The notes beneath the pieces are model-generated. The model had not been told where the DNA came from and did not search any database. It worked only from the letters and a program-made list of their open reading frames with translations. From a virus (Duplodnaviria; Caudoviricetes), in IMG/VR virus record IMGVR_UViG_3300049044_000064, positions 1-33,272 of that record: a stretch of 33,272 nt of DNA; one strand, given 5' to 3'. The position numbers and the translations under genes are program-made. Positions 24,832 through 32,810 of this stretch are shown here, piece by piece (position 1 is the first letter of the stretch; each line of letters starts with the position of its first letter).

Positions 24832-26316
24832 ATGGCCAAGCCCCCGAAAGTCGCATCCTCCAATCGCCGCACCGTAGGGAAAACCCTGGAGGTGGCCACG
24901 CGCCAGCGGTCCATCGATTTCGCCTACTTCGGCGGACACCTGCCGAATCCGGACACGGTCCTCAAGAAGATGGGGAAGGATCTGACCGTTTATGACGAGC
25001 TGATGGGTGATGCTCACCTCGGATCGGTCATCTCCTCCCGGAAGTCCGGAGTGAAGTCGCTCCTTTGGGAAGTCGATCGCGGGAAGGCCAAGAGCCGGCA
25101 GGCCAAGGCCATAACCGAGCACTTGGCCACGATGCCCATCCATGCCATCATCTCGGAAATCCTGGATGCCCCGCTGAAGGGCTACCAACCCCTGGAAATC
25201 ATCTGGGGCGAGGTCGGCGGGTACATCATGCCCTTGCGGGTGGTGGGCAAGCCTCCGGAATGGTTCCTTTTCACCGAGGACAATGAACTGCGCTGGAGGA
25301 GCCAAACCGCCCCGCTGAAGGGGGAGGAATTGCCGCCCCGGAAGTTCCTGCTGCCCCGGCACAACGCCACCTACAAGAACCCCTACGGCGAACCGCTTCT
25401 GTCCCGGTGCTTCTGGCCCGTGACCTTCAAGCGGTCCGGGATCAAGTTCTGGATCACCTTCGCGGAGAAGTTCGGCATGCCCTGGCCGGTCGCCAAGCTG
25501 CCCAGGAGCTCGCCGGAAGCGCACTATACGACGATGCTGGAGAACCTGGAAAAGATGGTTCAGGACGCCCTGGCGGCAATTCCCGATGACTCCAGCATCG
25601 AGTTCCTGGAGTCCGGAAGCAAAGGGGCCTCCGCGGACATCTACAAGGAACTGATCGCCTGGGCCAATTCGGAGATTTCCAAGGCCATCGTCGGGCACGG
25701 GGCCGCAGCGGACTCCACTCCTGGGAAGCTGGGCGGGGAGGACAACGCGCTGCAGGTTCGGGGGGATCTCATCGACGAGGACCGGATCATGGTGGAGGAG
25801 GTTTTCAACCAGCTGATCCAGTGGACCTTCGAAATCAACTTCGGCGGGGGCATCGCCCCGAAATTCAGCATGTTCGCCGAGGAGGATGTCGACCAGGAGC
25901 AGGCGAACCGGGACAAGACCCTTTCCGACCAGGGCGTCCGGCTGTCCCAAGCCTATTACGAGCGGGAGTATGGGTTCCAGCCCGGGGATATTGTCAAGGT
26001 GGAGGCGCCGGGAGGAGCGGCCCCGGCAGCACCCGGCGAGCCGGCGGAATTCGCCGAGCGCCGGCCGGGCGTGACCGATGACCAGGCCGCCGTGGACAAG
26101 GGCATCGAAAAGGCTACGCGCGCGGAGGATTTGCGGCGGGAAACCGGATTTGTCCAGCAAATCCTGGACGTTTTCACCCAATCGGGGGATTACTCGGAAG
26201 CTATGGAGAAGGCGATCGGGTTGTACCCGGACATGGAAATAGGAGCCCTACAGAAGAAAATCGAATCCGCCATTTTCGTGAATGGCATCGTGGGCCGGCT
26301 GACCGGCAAGGAATAG
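24832..26316 (+). CDS. Portal protein (Mu gp29 / DUF935 family)
   Basis: PNPDTVL, DAHLGSVISSRK, NPYGEPLLSRCFWP, FAEKFGMP and EISKAIVG motifs; follows terL. Confidence 0.93.
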   Translation: MAKPPKVASSNRRTVGKTLEVATRQRSIDFAYFGGHLPNPDTVLKKMGKDLTVYDELMGDAHLGSVISSRKSGVKSLLWEVDRGKAKSRQAKAITEHLATMPIHAIISEILDAPLKGYQPLEIIWGEVGGYIMPLRVVGKPPEWFLFTEDNELRWRSQTAPLKGEELPPRKFLLPRHNATYKNPYGEPLLSRCFWPVTFKRSGIKFWITFAEKFGMPWPVAKLPRSSPEAHYTTMLENLEKMVQDALAAIPDDSSIEFLESGSKGASADIYKELIAWANSEISKAIVGHGAAADSTPGKLGGEDNALQVRGDLIDEDRIMVEEVFNQLIQWTFEINFGGGIAPKFSMFAEEDVDQEQANRDKTLSDQGVRLSQAYYEREYGFQPGDIVKVEAPGGAAPAAPGEPAEFAERRPGVTDDQAAVDKGIEKATRAEDLRRETGFVQQILDVFTQSGDYSEAMEKAIGLYPDMEIGALQKKIESAIFVNGIVGRLTGKE

Positions 26317-26317
26317 C

Positions 26318-27034
26318 ATGGCCAGGATAGACCAGAACCTGGTAGCGGAAGCGATCGGGCTCCCCCCGGAGCAGGCGATTGCCTATTTCGAGTCCCTGGG
26401 GTATGAAATCACCTGGGACTGGCGGGAACAGGCCGCGGCGGCCGAGCGGAAGGCGTTCACCGTGGCCAAAGTCGCGCGCATGGACGTGCTGCAGGACATC
26501 AAGGGCATGGTGCAGAAGTCCCTGGATGAGGGGATCACCTTCCAGCAATTCCAGAAGGAACTAGCCCCCAAGCTGTTCGCGAAGGGCTGGTGGGGGAAGC
26601 GGCAAGTGATGACCCCGGAGGGCGTCCAGGTGACCCAGCTGGGCAGCCCGCACCGCCTGGAGACCATCTACCGGACAAACATGCAATCGGCCTACATGGA
26701 GGGCCGGAGGGTCGCGCAGGAGGAAAATGCCGACGAGCGGCCGTTCCTGCAGTACATCGCCGTGGCCGACCAATCCACCCGGCCGGAGCATGTCGCCATG
26801 AACGGCAAAATTTACCCGGTCAACGATCCGATCTGGGACGTCTGGACGCCTCCCTGCGGATACAATTGCCGTTGCCGGACGCGCGCGCTTACCGAGGGCC
26901 AAGCCGAGAAGAAGGGCGGGGTATCGACGGCGCCGGATGTTTTGCCGGATCCGGGATTCCGCTCGAGCCCTACCGAGGAATGGAAGCCCGACCTCCGGAC
27001 CTATTCCCCCGAGATTCGGCGGGTGGCAGCGTGA
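26318..27034 (+). CDS. Mu gpF / SPP1 gp7-like head morphogenesis protein
   Basis: AFTVAK, RLETIYRTNMQSAY, TRPEH and PPCGYNCRC motifs. Confidence 0.93.
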   Translation: MARIDQNLVAEAIGLPPEQAIAYFESLGYEITWDWREQAAAAERKAFTVAKVARMDVLQDIKGMVQKSLDEGITFQQFQKELAPKLFAKGWWGKRQVMTPEGVQVTQLGSPHRLETIYRTNMQSAYMEGRRVAQEENADERPFLQYIAVADQSTRPEHVAMNGKIYPVNDPIWDVWTPPCGYNCRCRTRALTEGQAEKKGGVSTAPDVLPDPGFRSSPTEEWKPDLRTYSPEIRRVAA

Positions 27035-27465
27035 TCCAGGTCGTGGTCAACGCCGATAGCCTGAATCGCCTTCTGGGCGATCTGAAGCGGAAATCCGGCA
27101 ACCTCCGGCCGGCCCTGGTGGGGATTGCAGGGATTCTCATGGATTCCACCGAAGAGAACTTCGAAAGGGAAGGGCGCCCACGCTGGCCGGAGCTCGCCGC
27201 ATCGACCCAAAAGGCCCGGGCAAAGAAGGGCAAGACCGGAAAGATGCTGCAGGTTACCGGGCAATTGGCGGCCTCGGTCTCCGATCGAGTGACGGCAAAT
27301 TCCGCTTTGGTGGGCACCAATAAGCGGTATGCCGCGGTTCATCAGTTCGGCGGGCCCGCTGGCCGGAAGTTGGCCGTGGATATGCCTGAGCGGCCGTTCC
27401 TGAAGATCACGAAGCATGACGTGGACGAGGCGGAGCGGTTACTGATTCGCCACCTCCTTAAGTAG
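27031..27465 (+). CDS. Mu gpG-like virion morphogenesis protein (144 aa)
   Basis: GTG overlaps the gpF TGA; ENFEREGRPRW..L, LQVTGQL, VGTNKRYAAVHQFGG and MPERPFL motifs. It is the 3' part of track ORF 26590..27465. Confidence 0.92.
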   Translation: MIQVVVNADSLNRLLGDLKRKSGNLRPALVGIAGILMDSTEENFEREGRPRWPELAASTQKARAKKGKTGKMLQVTGQLAASVSDRVTANSALVGTNKRYAAVHQFGGPAGRKLAVDMPERPFLKITKHDVDEAERLLIRHLLK

Positions 27466-27471
27466 AAATCA

Positions 27472-27487
27472 TGCTATACTTATGACG
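27472..27487 (+). promoter_or_regulatory. Extended -10 promoter (TGcTATACT) 7 nt upstream of the Mor ATG 27488
   Basis: TGn-TATACT at 27472-27480 with no SD, consistent with a leaderless transcript. Confidence 0.55.
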
Positions 27488-27775
27488 ATGCCAAGGATGC
27501 TCGAAACCCTGAGCGTGGAAGACCTCCCCAACGAGGGCCTTCAGTACATCGCCAATACCTGCGGGATGGACATCGCCAAGCTTCTCATCACCCATTGCGC
27601 CGGCATGCACTTTGACATCCCCCTCCGGCCGAATCGCAACGCAGCCAAGCGCCACATCGAACTGAATTACGATGGCCGGAACGCCAAGACCCTCGCCCGG
27701 GAAATTGGTATGTCCGAGTGCTTTGTCTACAAGGTGCTGCGGGAAAAGTCCTCGCTACGCCTCAAGCCTTCCTAA
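27482..27775 (+). CDS. Mor/C-family transcription activator
   Basis: EDLP...IANTCGMDIAKLL...GMHFDIP...YDGRNAKTLAREIGMSECFVYKVL Mor-type dimerisation region plus HTH. Start at 27482 or 27488. Confidence 0.88.
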   Translation: MTMPRMLETLSVEDLPNEGLQYIANTCGMDIAKLLITHCAGMHFDIPLRPNRNAAKRHIELNYDGRNAKTLAREIGMSECFVYKVLREKSSLRLKPS

Positions 27776-28086
27776 GCTTTCCCCGAAACCCTCTCGCGAA
27801 TGAGCCGCGACCGGTTCGCTGCCGCCCGAAAGAAGGCCGCCAAGGAATCCATTTCGTCCGCATCATTCATCTGGATCGCGACCGATTGCCAATCTCGGAT
27901 TACCACGCCCGAAAACTTCGGGTGCTTTTCTTTCATCGGGAAGGAAACCTGAAGGTCAACATTCCCGAAATGGCCGACCCGAGCCTGGACGGCGTACCAC
28001 TGGCCTGGCCCGACGATTTCCAGCTTCGTACCGCCTTCCACGAAGGTGAAGTCAGGGAGATCGGCGTCTTTCGTGTTTTCGCTCAT
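27772..28086 (-). CDS. Hypothetical early protein (104 aa)
   Basis: ATG 28086 overlaps the upstream TGA, GGAGG SD; converges on the Mor gene. Confidence 0.65.
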   Translation of the reverse strand: MSENTKDADLPDFTFVEGGTKLEIVGPGQWYAVQARVGHFGNVDLQVSFPMKEKHPKFSGVVIRDWQSVAIQMNDADEMDSLAAFFRAAANRSRLIRERVSGKA

Positions 28087-28457
28087 GCCTTCCTCCATTC
28101 GGTTCCGGTCCATACCTTCCCGTGCTTCTCCCTCATAACCGCCGCCAGTGCGAGTTCATGCCAGTCCCGACATTCTCCGGTTTCCTCGACATTAACTTCC
28201 TCGTAGGGTAAGCCGCGAAGAAACCGGGCGAAGTCATGGGCGTCGCCCACCATCCCCAGGAGCTGATCAAGGCGGGGGATGTAAACCCATTCCGGCTTCC
28301 GAGGTGGCCCGACGAATTGGAGGCCAGTGCTTTGCGGCACAACCTGGAATTTATCGCCTTCCAGGTACCAATCCCCGACTTCGAAAAAGGGCTTTGCCTG
28401 GATTTCCTCCGCGGCCTTGGCCATGGAGATGTAGGTGGGGGTGAATGGGTGGGTCAT
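28083..28457 (-). CDS. Hypothetical early protein (124 aa)
   Basis: ATGA-coupled; WVYIPRLDQL and LAAVMREKHGKVWTGTEW motifs recurrent in phage early proteins. Confidence 0.75.
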   Translation of the reverse strand: MTHPFTPTYISMAKAAEEIQAKPFFEVGDWYLEGDKFQVVPQSTGLQFVGPPRKPEWVYIPRLDQLLGMVGDAHDFARFLRGLPYEEVNVEETGECRDWHELALAAVMREKHGKVWTGTEWRKA

Positions 28458-28831
28458 GCTTTCACCGTCCTATATTCGATTTCCTGCAAAGCCTTCGCCG
28501 CTTCGCGTAGGGAATGGATGTGATACTCTTGCCCGATTTCGAAGTCAGCATCACGCAGAGCCGGATATCCGGTGACTTCCGAGATGATGACCCCCAGCCG
28601 CTTCAAGGATGATTTCAAGGGGGTAGCCCAACCTGCCCCCTCGCAGTAGACGTTCTCGGGAAGGAGGCCCAGCCGGTCGATGTAGCCAGCCACGAAGAAG
28701 GCCATACGCCGGCAGTCTGGGCGCCTCATGGACATCCAGTCCACGGGCTTACCGCCCTGAATCAGGAGGAAGATGGCGTGGAACTCATCCATTTTGACGA
28801 ATGCGGAAAGGGTGGGGTTCTTCTCGATCAT
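28454..28831 (-). CDS. Hypothetical early protein (125 aa)
   Basis: AAGGAG SD; coupled to neighbouring ORFs. Confidence 0.7.
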   Translation of the reverse strand: MIEKNPTLSAFVKMDEFHAIFLLIQGGKPVDWMSMRRPDCRRMAFFVAGYIDRLGLLPENVYCEGAGWATPLKSSLKRLGVIISEVTGYPALRDADFEIGQEYHIHSLREAAKALQEIEYRTVKA

Positions 28832-28937
28832 GGCTCTCTCCTTGGGGTTCTCATAAGGTACATCGGTGACGGGTTTCGCGTAAAAGGCTGGATTTCCCCC
28901 AGGGGATTTTCCGGACCCGGTGACGGTAATCGCATTT

Positions 28938-29054
28938 TCAATCCCTCTCCAGGGCTTTGCGGATCCGGTCCAGGCTGGAGCAGATGAGCATGGAGCCGCA
29001 AAAGACCATGAAGCCGACGTACAGCAGGCCGCAGAAAATCAGCAGACTGCTCAC
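28938..29054 (-). CDS. 38-aa single-TM peptide (MSSLLIFCGLLYVGFMVFCGSMLICSSLDRIRKALERD)
   Basis: GTG overlaps the upstream TGA, AAGGAG SD; below the ORF-track cutoff. Confidence 0.55.
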   Translation of the reverse strand: MSSLLIFCGLLYVGFMVFCGSMLICSSLDRIRKALERD

Positions 29055-29830
29055 TTTGGCTCCTTTGTGGGGGCTGGGGGCAGTACTTCAGGATTACTTA
29101 AGACCTGGGATTTGGTGGGTTCACAAGGTTCACCCTTTAATGCTGCGATAGCCGGCCATTCCTTGATTGCACCGGCCACGTTTTCAATCTGGCAGGCCAA
29201 TAGGTGCAGCTTCCGGCCCGACTCCAAACCGGCGTTGTTTCGGTTGGCAATCTCGTTCACCTTGCAGGCTGCATCCAGTAGCGACTCGATTTCCCAGACC
29301 AGATCCCCGGCTTTTAAGGGTGACGCTTCGGAACCCCCATTATCCCCCAAATTGGACCGTAACCGCCGTATTTCGGCTATGAGAGTGGGAATGTCGGTTC
29401 GGGCAGCGGCGATGAATTTTGAAATGGCCTCCGGGTCTTGGTTTCCGCCGAACACCTGGCAAATGGACGCCTCAAGGCAAGCATCAAGACCCATCACTAT
29501 CCACCCGTCCGGAGCCTGCGGCTCGTTTTCTTCGTAAAGGCTGGCTGTCCATTCGTCATCGAAACCGCCCGGTTTGATTGATTCGAGCCGGGCCTCAATT
29601 GCATCCAGGTCCAGCCCTTCCCCCTTGGAAGGGGCCGCCGCCGGGGCTGGAATTCCGCAATGAATACAGGATTTGACGGCTTCGCCGCTGAATTCATGAG
29701 GGTCAGGCTTGCGCCAAAGGCTCGGGTGAGCTTCCAAGGTTGTCCCGCATTCCTCGCAGCCATCACATTTCGGAGAAGGCATGGACCCGAAGGCGGTCGC
29801 CTTTCCACATTTACAGCGGTAATTCATCAT
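29051..29830 (-). CDS. Ead/Ea22-like modular protein with an N-terminal Cys-rich (zinc) domain
   Basis: CKC...CDGCEEC...CIHC, then DLDAIEARL...W...FIAAARTDIPTLIAEIRRLR; GGAGG SD before MMNYR. Confidence 0.75.
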   Translation of the reverse strand: MMNYRCKCGKATAFGSMPSPKCDGCEECGTTLEAHPSLWRKPDPHEFSGEAVKSCIHCGIPAPAAAPSKGEGLDLDAIEARLESIKPGGFDDEWTASLYEENEPQAPDGWIVMGLDACLEASICQVFGGNQDPEAISKFIAAARTDIPTLIAEIRRLRSNLGDNGGSEASPLKAGDLVWEIESLLDAACKVNEIANRNNAGLESGRKLHLLACQIENVAGAIKEWPAIAALKGEPCEPTKSQVLSNPEVLPPAPTKEPK

Positions 29831-29978
29831 CTTCAGCCTCCAAAGCGGTTTTAATGATTTGCGCATGAATCAGGTCGAGAGCCCCAAGGGCTTCGCCAAC
29901 GGTCAATCCTTGGTCGCGGAACTGATCCACTACCTTGTCCACGGCTCCGGTGAATTGGGAAATCAGCGGTTCGCTCAT
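29811..29978 (-). CDS. Hypothetical protein (55 aa, MSEPLISQFTG...GLTVGEALGALDLI)
   Basis: ATGA overlap with the upstream gene, AGGAGG SD; fills the gap; below the track cutoff. Confidence 0.6.
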   Translation of the reverse strand: MSEPLISQFTGAVDKVVDQFRDQGLTVGEALGALDLIHAQIIKTALEAEDDELPL

Positions 29979-30223
29979 TTATCGGTTCCTCCTGTGACCC
30001 GCCCCCGGGATTTCTTGGATTTGGACGGCTTCGCCGCTTTAATACGGCGGATCATCACCTCATCAGCCTCGACTTTGCAGCCTTCCGTGGCGAAAAGCAA
30101 TTCGTTCCATCCGTCCTCATCGAACCATCGCCGGTCCTTGGGCCTCTTGAGCATTCCACGTCGTAGCCGCTTGAAGCCTTTCGGGATCTCTAGGGGCGAA
30201 GCCCTCAAAGTCTTGTCCTTCAT
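29975..30223 (-). CDS. Hypothetical basic protein (82 aa)
   Basis: ATGA-coupled; shares an IPxG...RRI domain with the 1..558 protein. Confidence 0.65.
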   Translation of the reverse strand: MKDKTLRASPLEIPKGFKRLRRGMLKRPKDRRWFDEDGWNELLFATEGCKVEADEVMIRRIKAAKPSKSKKSRGRVTGGTDK

Positions 30224-30486
30224 TCCTTGGTGTCCTCTCTCTTGGGGGTTTCTTCGGTGATGCCTTGGGTAATGCGCCGGATTGAAAAGAACTGCTCAGC
30301 GGTCAGCGCCTCGGTTTGGGCTACTACTGCTCGTAGATTCATCAAGGTTTCCGCCTTTGCTCGTTCAAAAGCTCGCACCTGATTTCCAAGCGCCACCTCT
30401 TCGGGGCGAGGCAGGTAGTAGCCGTATATTCGCTCGGCTGCGTTTTCTTTCTCGTATCGGTTCAAACTCAATCGGTCCAGGCTCAT
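30220..30486 (-). CDS. Hypothetical protein (88 aa)
   Basis: ATGA-coupled, GAGG SD. Confidence 0.65.
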   Translation of the reverse strand: MSLDRLSLNRYEKENAAERIYGYYLPRPEEVALGNQVRAFERAKAETLMNLRAVVAQTEALTAEQFFSIRRITQGITEETPKREDTKE

Positions 30487-30552
30487 GCTTCGCCTCTCTT
30501 GTGGGTGGGGGTGGGGATAGGATTGGGATTTGGGGGTTCGCTAAGGCTCACC

Positions 30553-32040
30553 CTAAATTTCCTTTTTCAGAACAACGATTCGGGTTGCGATCTTGGTCCT
30601 GGCGAAGGTGCCCGCGGGCAAGACCTCGCTCGGCTTGTGCTCATGCTCCTGGAGGAAGGCGCGGAGAACGGTGGATTTCAGGTCGTCCCGGGTGAACCAG
30701 CCCTCGGGGAGGATGCAGACCAGGATCCCGCCCGGCTTCAGGTGCCCGAAGGCCTTGACGATGTGGTGGGCTTCGGCGCGGTCGTTGAATGGGGGATTCA
30801 TCAGGACCCGATCGAACTTCTCGCGGGGATCCCATTTCAGGAAGTCCGCTTCGATGATCGTCCAGACGGGGTGGTCCTGCTTCAGCCTCTTGGCGCGGTG
30901 GTGGTTGAATTCGACAGCCTTGCAACCAAAGTCCCAAGGGGTAACCGAAAGAATGGCACCATCGCCCGCGGAGGGCTCCAAGATGGACAATCCGTGGTCA
31001 TCATCACCGGGGATTTCCGCGAGCACCACCATTCGCCGGGCGGCCTCCTTGGGGGTCGGATAGAAAGCGAAGTCCTTTTCATCACTGGGATCGATGCCTT
31101 CGGGATTGAAAAAGGTTTCCGCCTTGGGCGCCCCGCCGCCGTGGAAATGCTCAGCCTTGTACCGCTTGCGCATGGTATCCGGCATGGCGTTTTCCCGGCC
31201 GCTTCCGATCGCGTTAAGCTTGTCCAGGATGTGGATCTTGTCCTCGTTCCAGTTCACCTTCACGTTGCCGTTCTTGTAAGCCTGGAGGGTGAAGTATTCC
31301 ACATCCGCCGCGGTGCCCTTGGGTGCTTTGTTCAGGATGCAATTCAGGTTGTTGGAATAGTCCGGGACCCCCTCACCATCAATCAGTCGGCAAGCGGTCA
31401 GGAGGTCATTGAAGCGGAAGTGGGAAGAATTTGAAGCCCCCCGCCAACTGCGGCATTCTATATGCCCGCCGTAGGAGGCAAGCCCGACATCACTCCAACC
31501 GACCCGAAACACCTTCTCCACCTTCTGGAGGTTGTCTTTCTTCTTTTCCAACCGGGTGGCGGCCGGGGCGCTGTAGCCGATGCCGATCAGCTTCCGGTAC
31601 ACTTCGCGCACGGTGTTCAGGGAGGAATCCCGGAAAAGGTTGTGGGCGTTCTGGGCCAGCCCCATCAACTGGGTTTCATCGAAAACCGTTTTCTTGGCCT
31701 TTATCTTGGCCAGGAAGACATACTTCGCCATTTCGGTCATGGCGTTGGTGATGTTCAGCTTTCCCAGTGCGAAGACGTACAGGGAGTAATCCAGGTCCGC
31801 CGTCATTTCCTTGATCTCGATCGGGTCCTGCCGCTTCTCAAACCGCTGGCTTTGGGATTCGGTGATGAGGCGGAAATCCGGGTCATGGATGCGGGCGAAG
31901 GCGGTATCCACCCCTTTTATCGCCTGGTTGCACTCGTGCCAAGCCTCCACGATCCGGGCGCGGGCAGCAATCAGTTCCGCGATGGTGAGTGGGAGGGATA
32001 AGTCCATGCCCGAACCCTCCAAATCCTTATCCCCCTTCAC
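30553..32040 (-). CDS. DUF4942-like domain fused to a class I SAM-dependent amino (probably N6-adenine) DNA methyltransferase
   Basis: FYPTP, ILEPSAGDG (motif I) and VLMNPPF (motif IV). The N-half has YFTLQAYKNGNVKV...LDKLN, resembling DUF4942. Confidence 0.85.
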   Translation of the reverse strand: MKGDKDLEGSGMDLSLPLTIAELIAARARIVEAWHECNQAIKGVDTAFARIHDPDFRLITESQSQRFEKRQDPIEIKEMTADLDYSLYVFALGKLNITNAMTEMAKYVFLAKIKAKKTVFDETQLMGLAQNAHNLFRDSSLNTVREVYRKLIGIGYSAPAATRLEKKKDNLQKVEKVFRVGWSDVGLASYGGHIECRSWRGASNSSHFRFNDLLTACRLIDGEGVPDYSNNLNCILNKAPKGTAADVEYFTLQAYKNGNVKVNWNEDKIHILDKLNAIGSGRENAMPDTMRKRYKAEHFHGGGAPKAETFFNPEGIDPSDEKDFAFYPTPKEAARRMVVLAEIPGDDDHGLSILEPSAGDGAILSVTPWDFGCKAVEFNHHRAKRLKQDHPVWTIIEADFLKWDPREKFDRVLMNPPFNDRAEAHHIVKAFGHLKPGGILVCILPEGWFTRDDLKSTVLRAFLQEHEHKPSEVLPAGTFARTKIATRIVVLKKEI

Positions 32041-32810
32041 TCCTCACCTCCATCTGGTTCCGGTAAGGGCTGGGCCTTCTCTCCTTTGGAGGGGGGCTCG
32101 ATGGGGCCAGCGTATCGGTTCAGGCAGTCCACCAGTGTCGCCGCAAAGAACGGGTCTCGACAGACATGGATAGGCTCCCCGTGAATGGGATCGCCATCCA
32201 CCACACGGAATACGCTGCCCTCCTCATCGACCGTTTCGTGAAGATGATACCGAACCTCCATCGGCCTGGGTGCCGGTGCCTCCGCGCTCCCGGTGGGCGG
32301 GGTTTGGCGAATAATTGCAGAAACAAGGGCCTCGTAAGCGGCGGAGTATCGCCCCTTTGAATCAGGATCAATCGTGGCCGTCAACTCCCAATCCTCGTAG
32401 GCCATGAGGTACCGCCTGATAAGCAGATCGGCCGCCTCACGGTCACCGGCTGGGAGGGGAGGGGGATTAATTCCTTTTGGGGCTTCGCTGGGCTCGGGCA
32501 TCCCGAATAGCGTGCGGATTCCGCATTGGTGGATCTGGTGGTCGAACTCATTGTCGTGCAGTTCACGGATGGCCACCTTGCGGACGCCTCCCGCCTGGAT
32601 TTCCACCAGGACGTACTTTCCTTCCCGGCGAAGGGTGACAGATTCGATGGGAACGGGAGCAAGCCAGGGGGCTTCGCCCTTGGGAGATTCATGGGGTAAC
32701 ATGGGGGGTCCTTTCGGGGGTGCTTGGCGATGATCTAGGCAGTAAACGTTGGAGGAAACCTCAAGGAGTCCAACTTCACATCCGGGCACTTGGCATCTCT
32801 TGCGGCTCAC
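32037..32810 (-). CDS. Modular hypothetical early protein with an N-terminal CxxxxC...CxxH finger (257 aa)
   Basis: GTG 32810 overlaps the upstream TGA with an AAGGAGG SD; Pro-rich linkers separate the domains. Confidence 0.7.
   Translation of the reverse strand: MSRKRCQVPGCEVGLLEVSSNVYCLDHRQAPPKGPPMLPHESPKGEAPWLAPVPIESVTLRREGKYVLVEIQAGGVRKVAIRELHDNEFDHQIHQCGIRTLFGMPEPSEAPKGINPPPLPAGDREAADLLIRRYLMAYEDWELTATIDPDSKGRYSAAYEALVSAIIRQTPPTGSAEAPAPRPMEVRYHLHETVDEEGSVFRVVDGDPIHGEPIHVCRDPFFAATLVDCLNRYAGPIEPPSKGEKAQPLPEPDGGEE

Noticed and set aside
18563-26181. Long minus-strand ORFs 18563..19687, 21338..22570, 22742..23689 and 24637..26181
   Set aside because: Antisense to the coupled + strand operon; the repeats in 21338..22570 only mirror the coding repeat.
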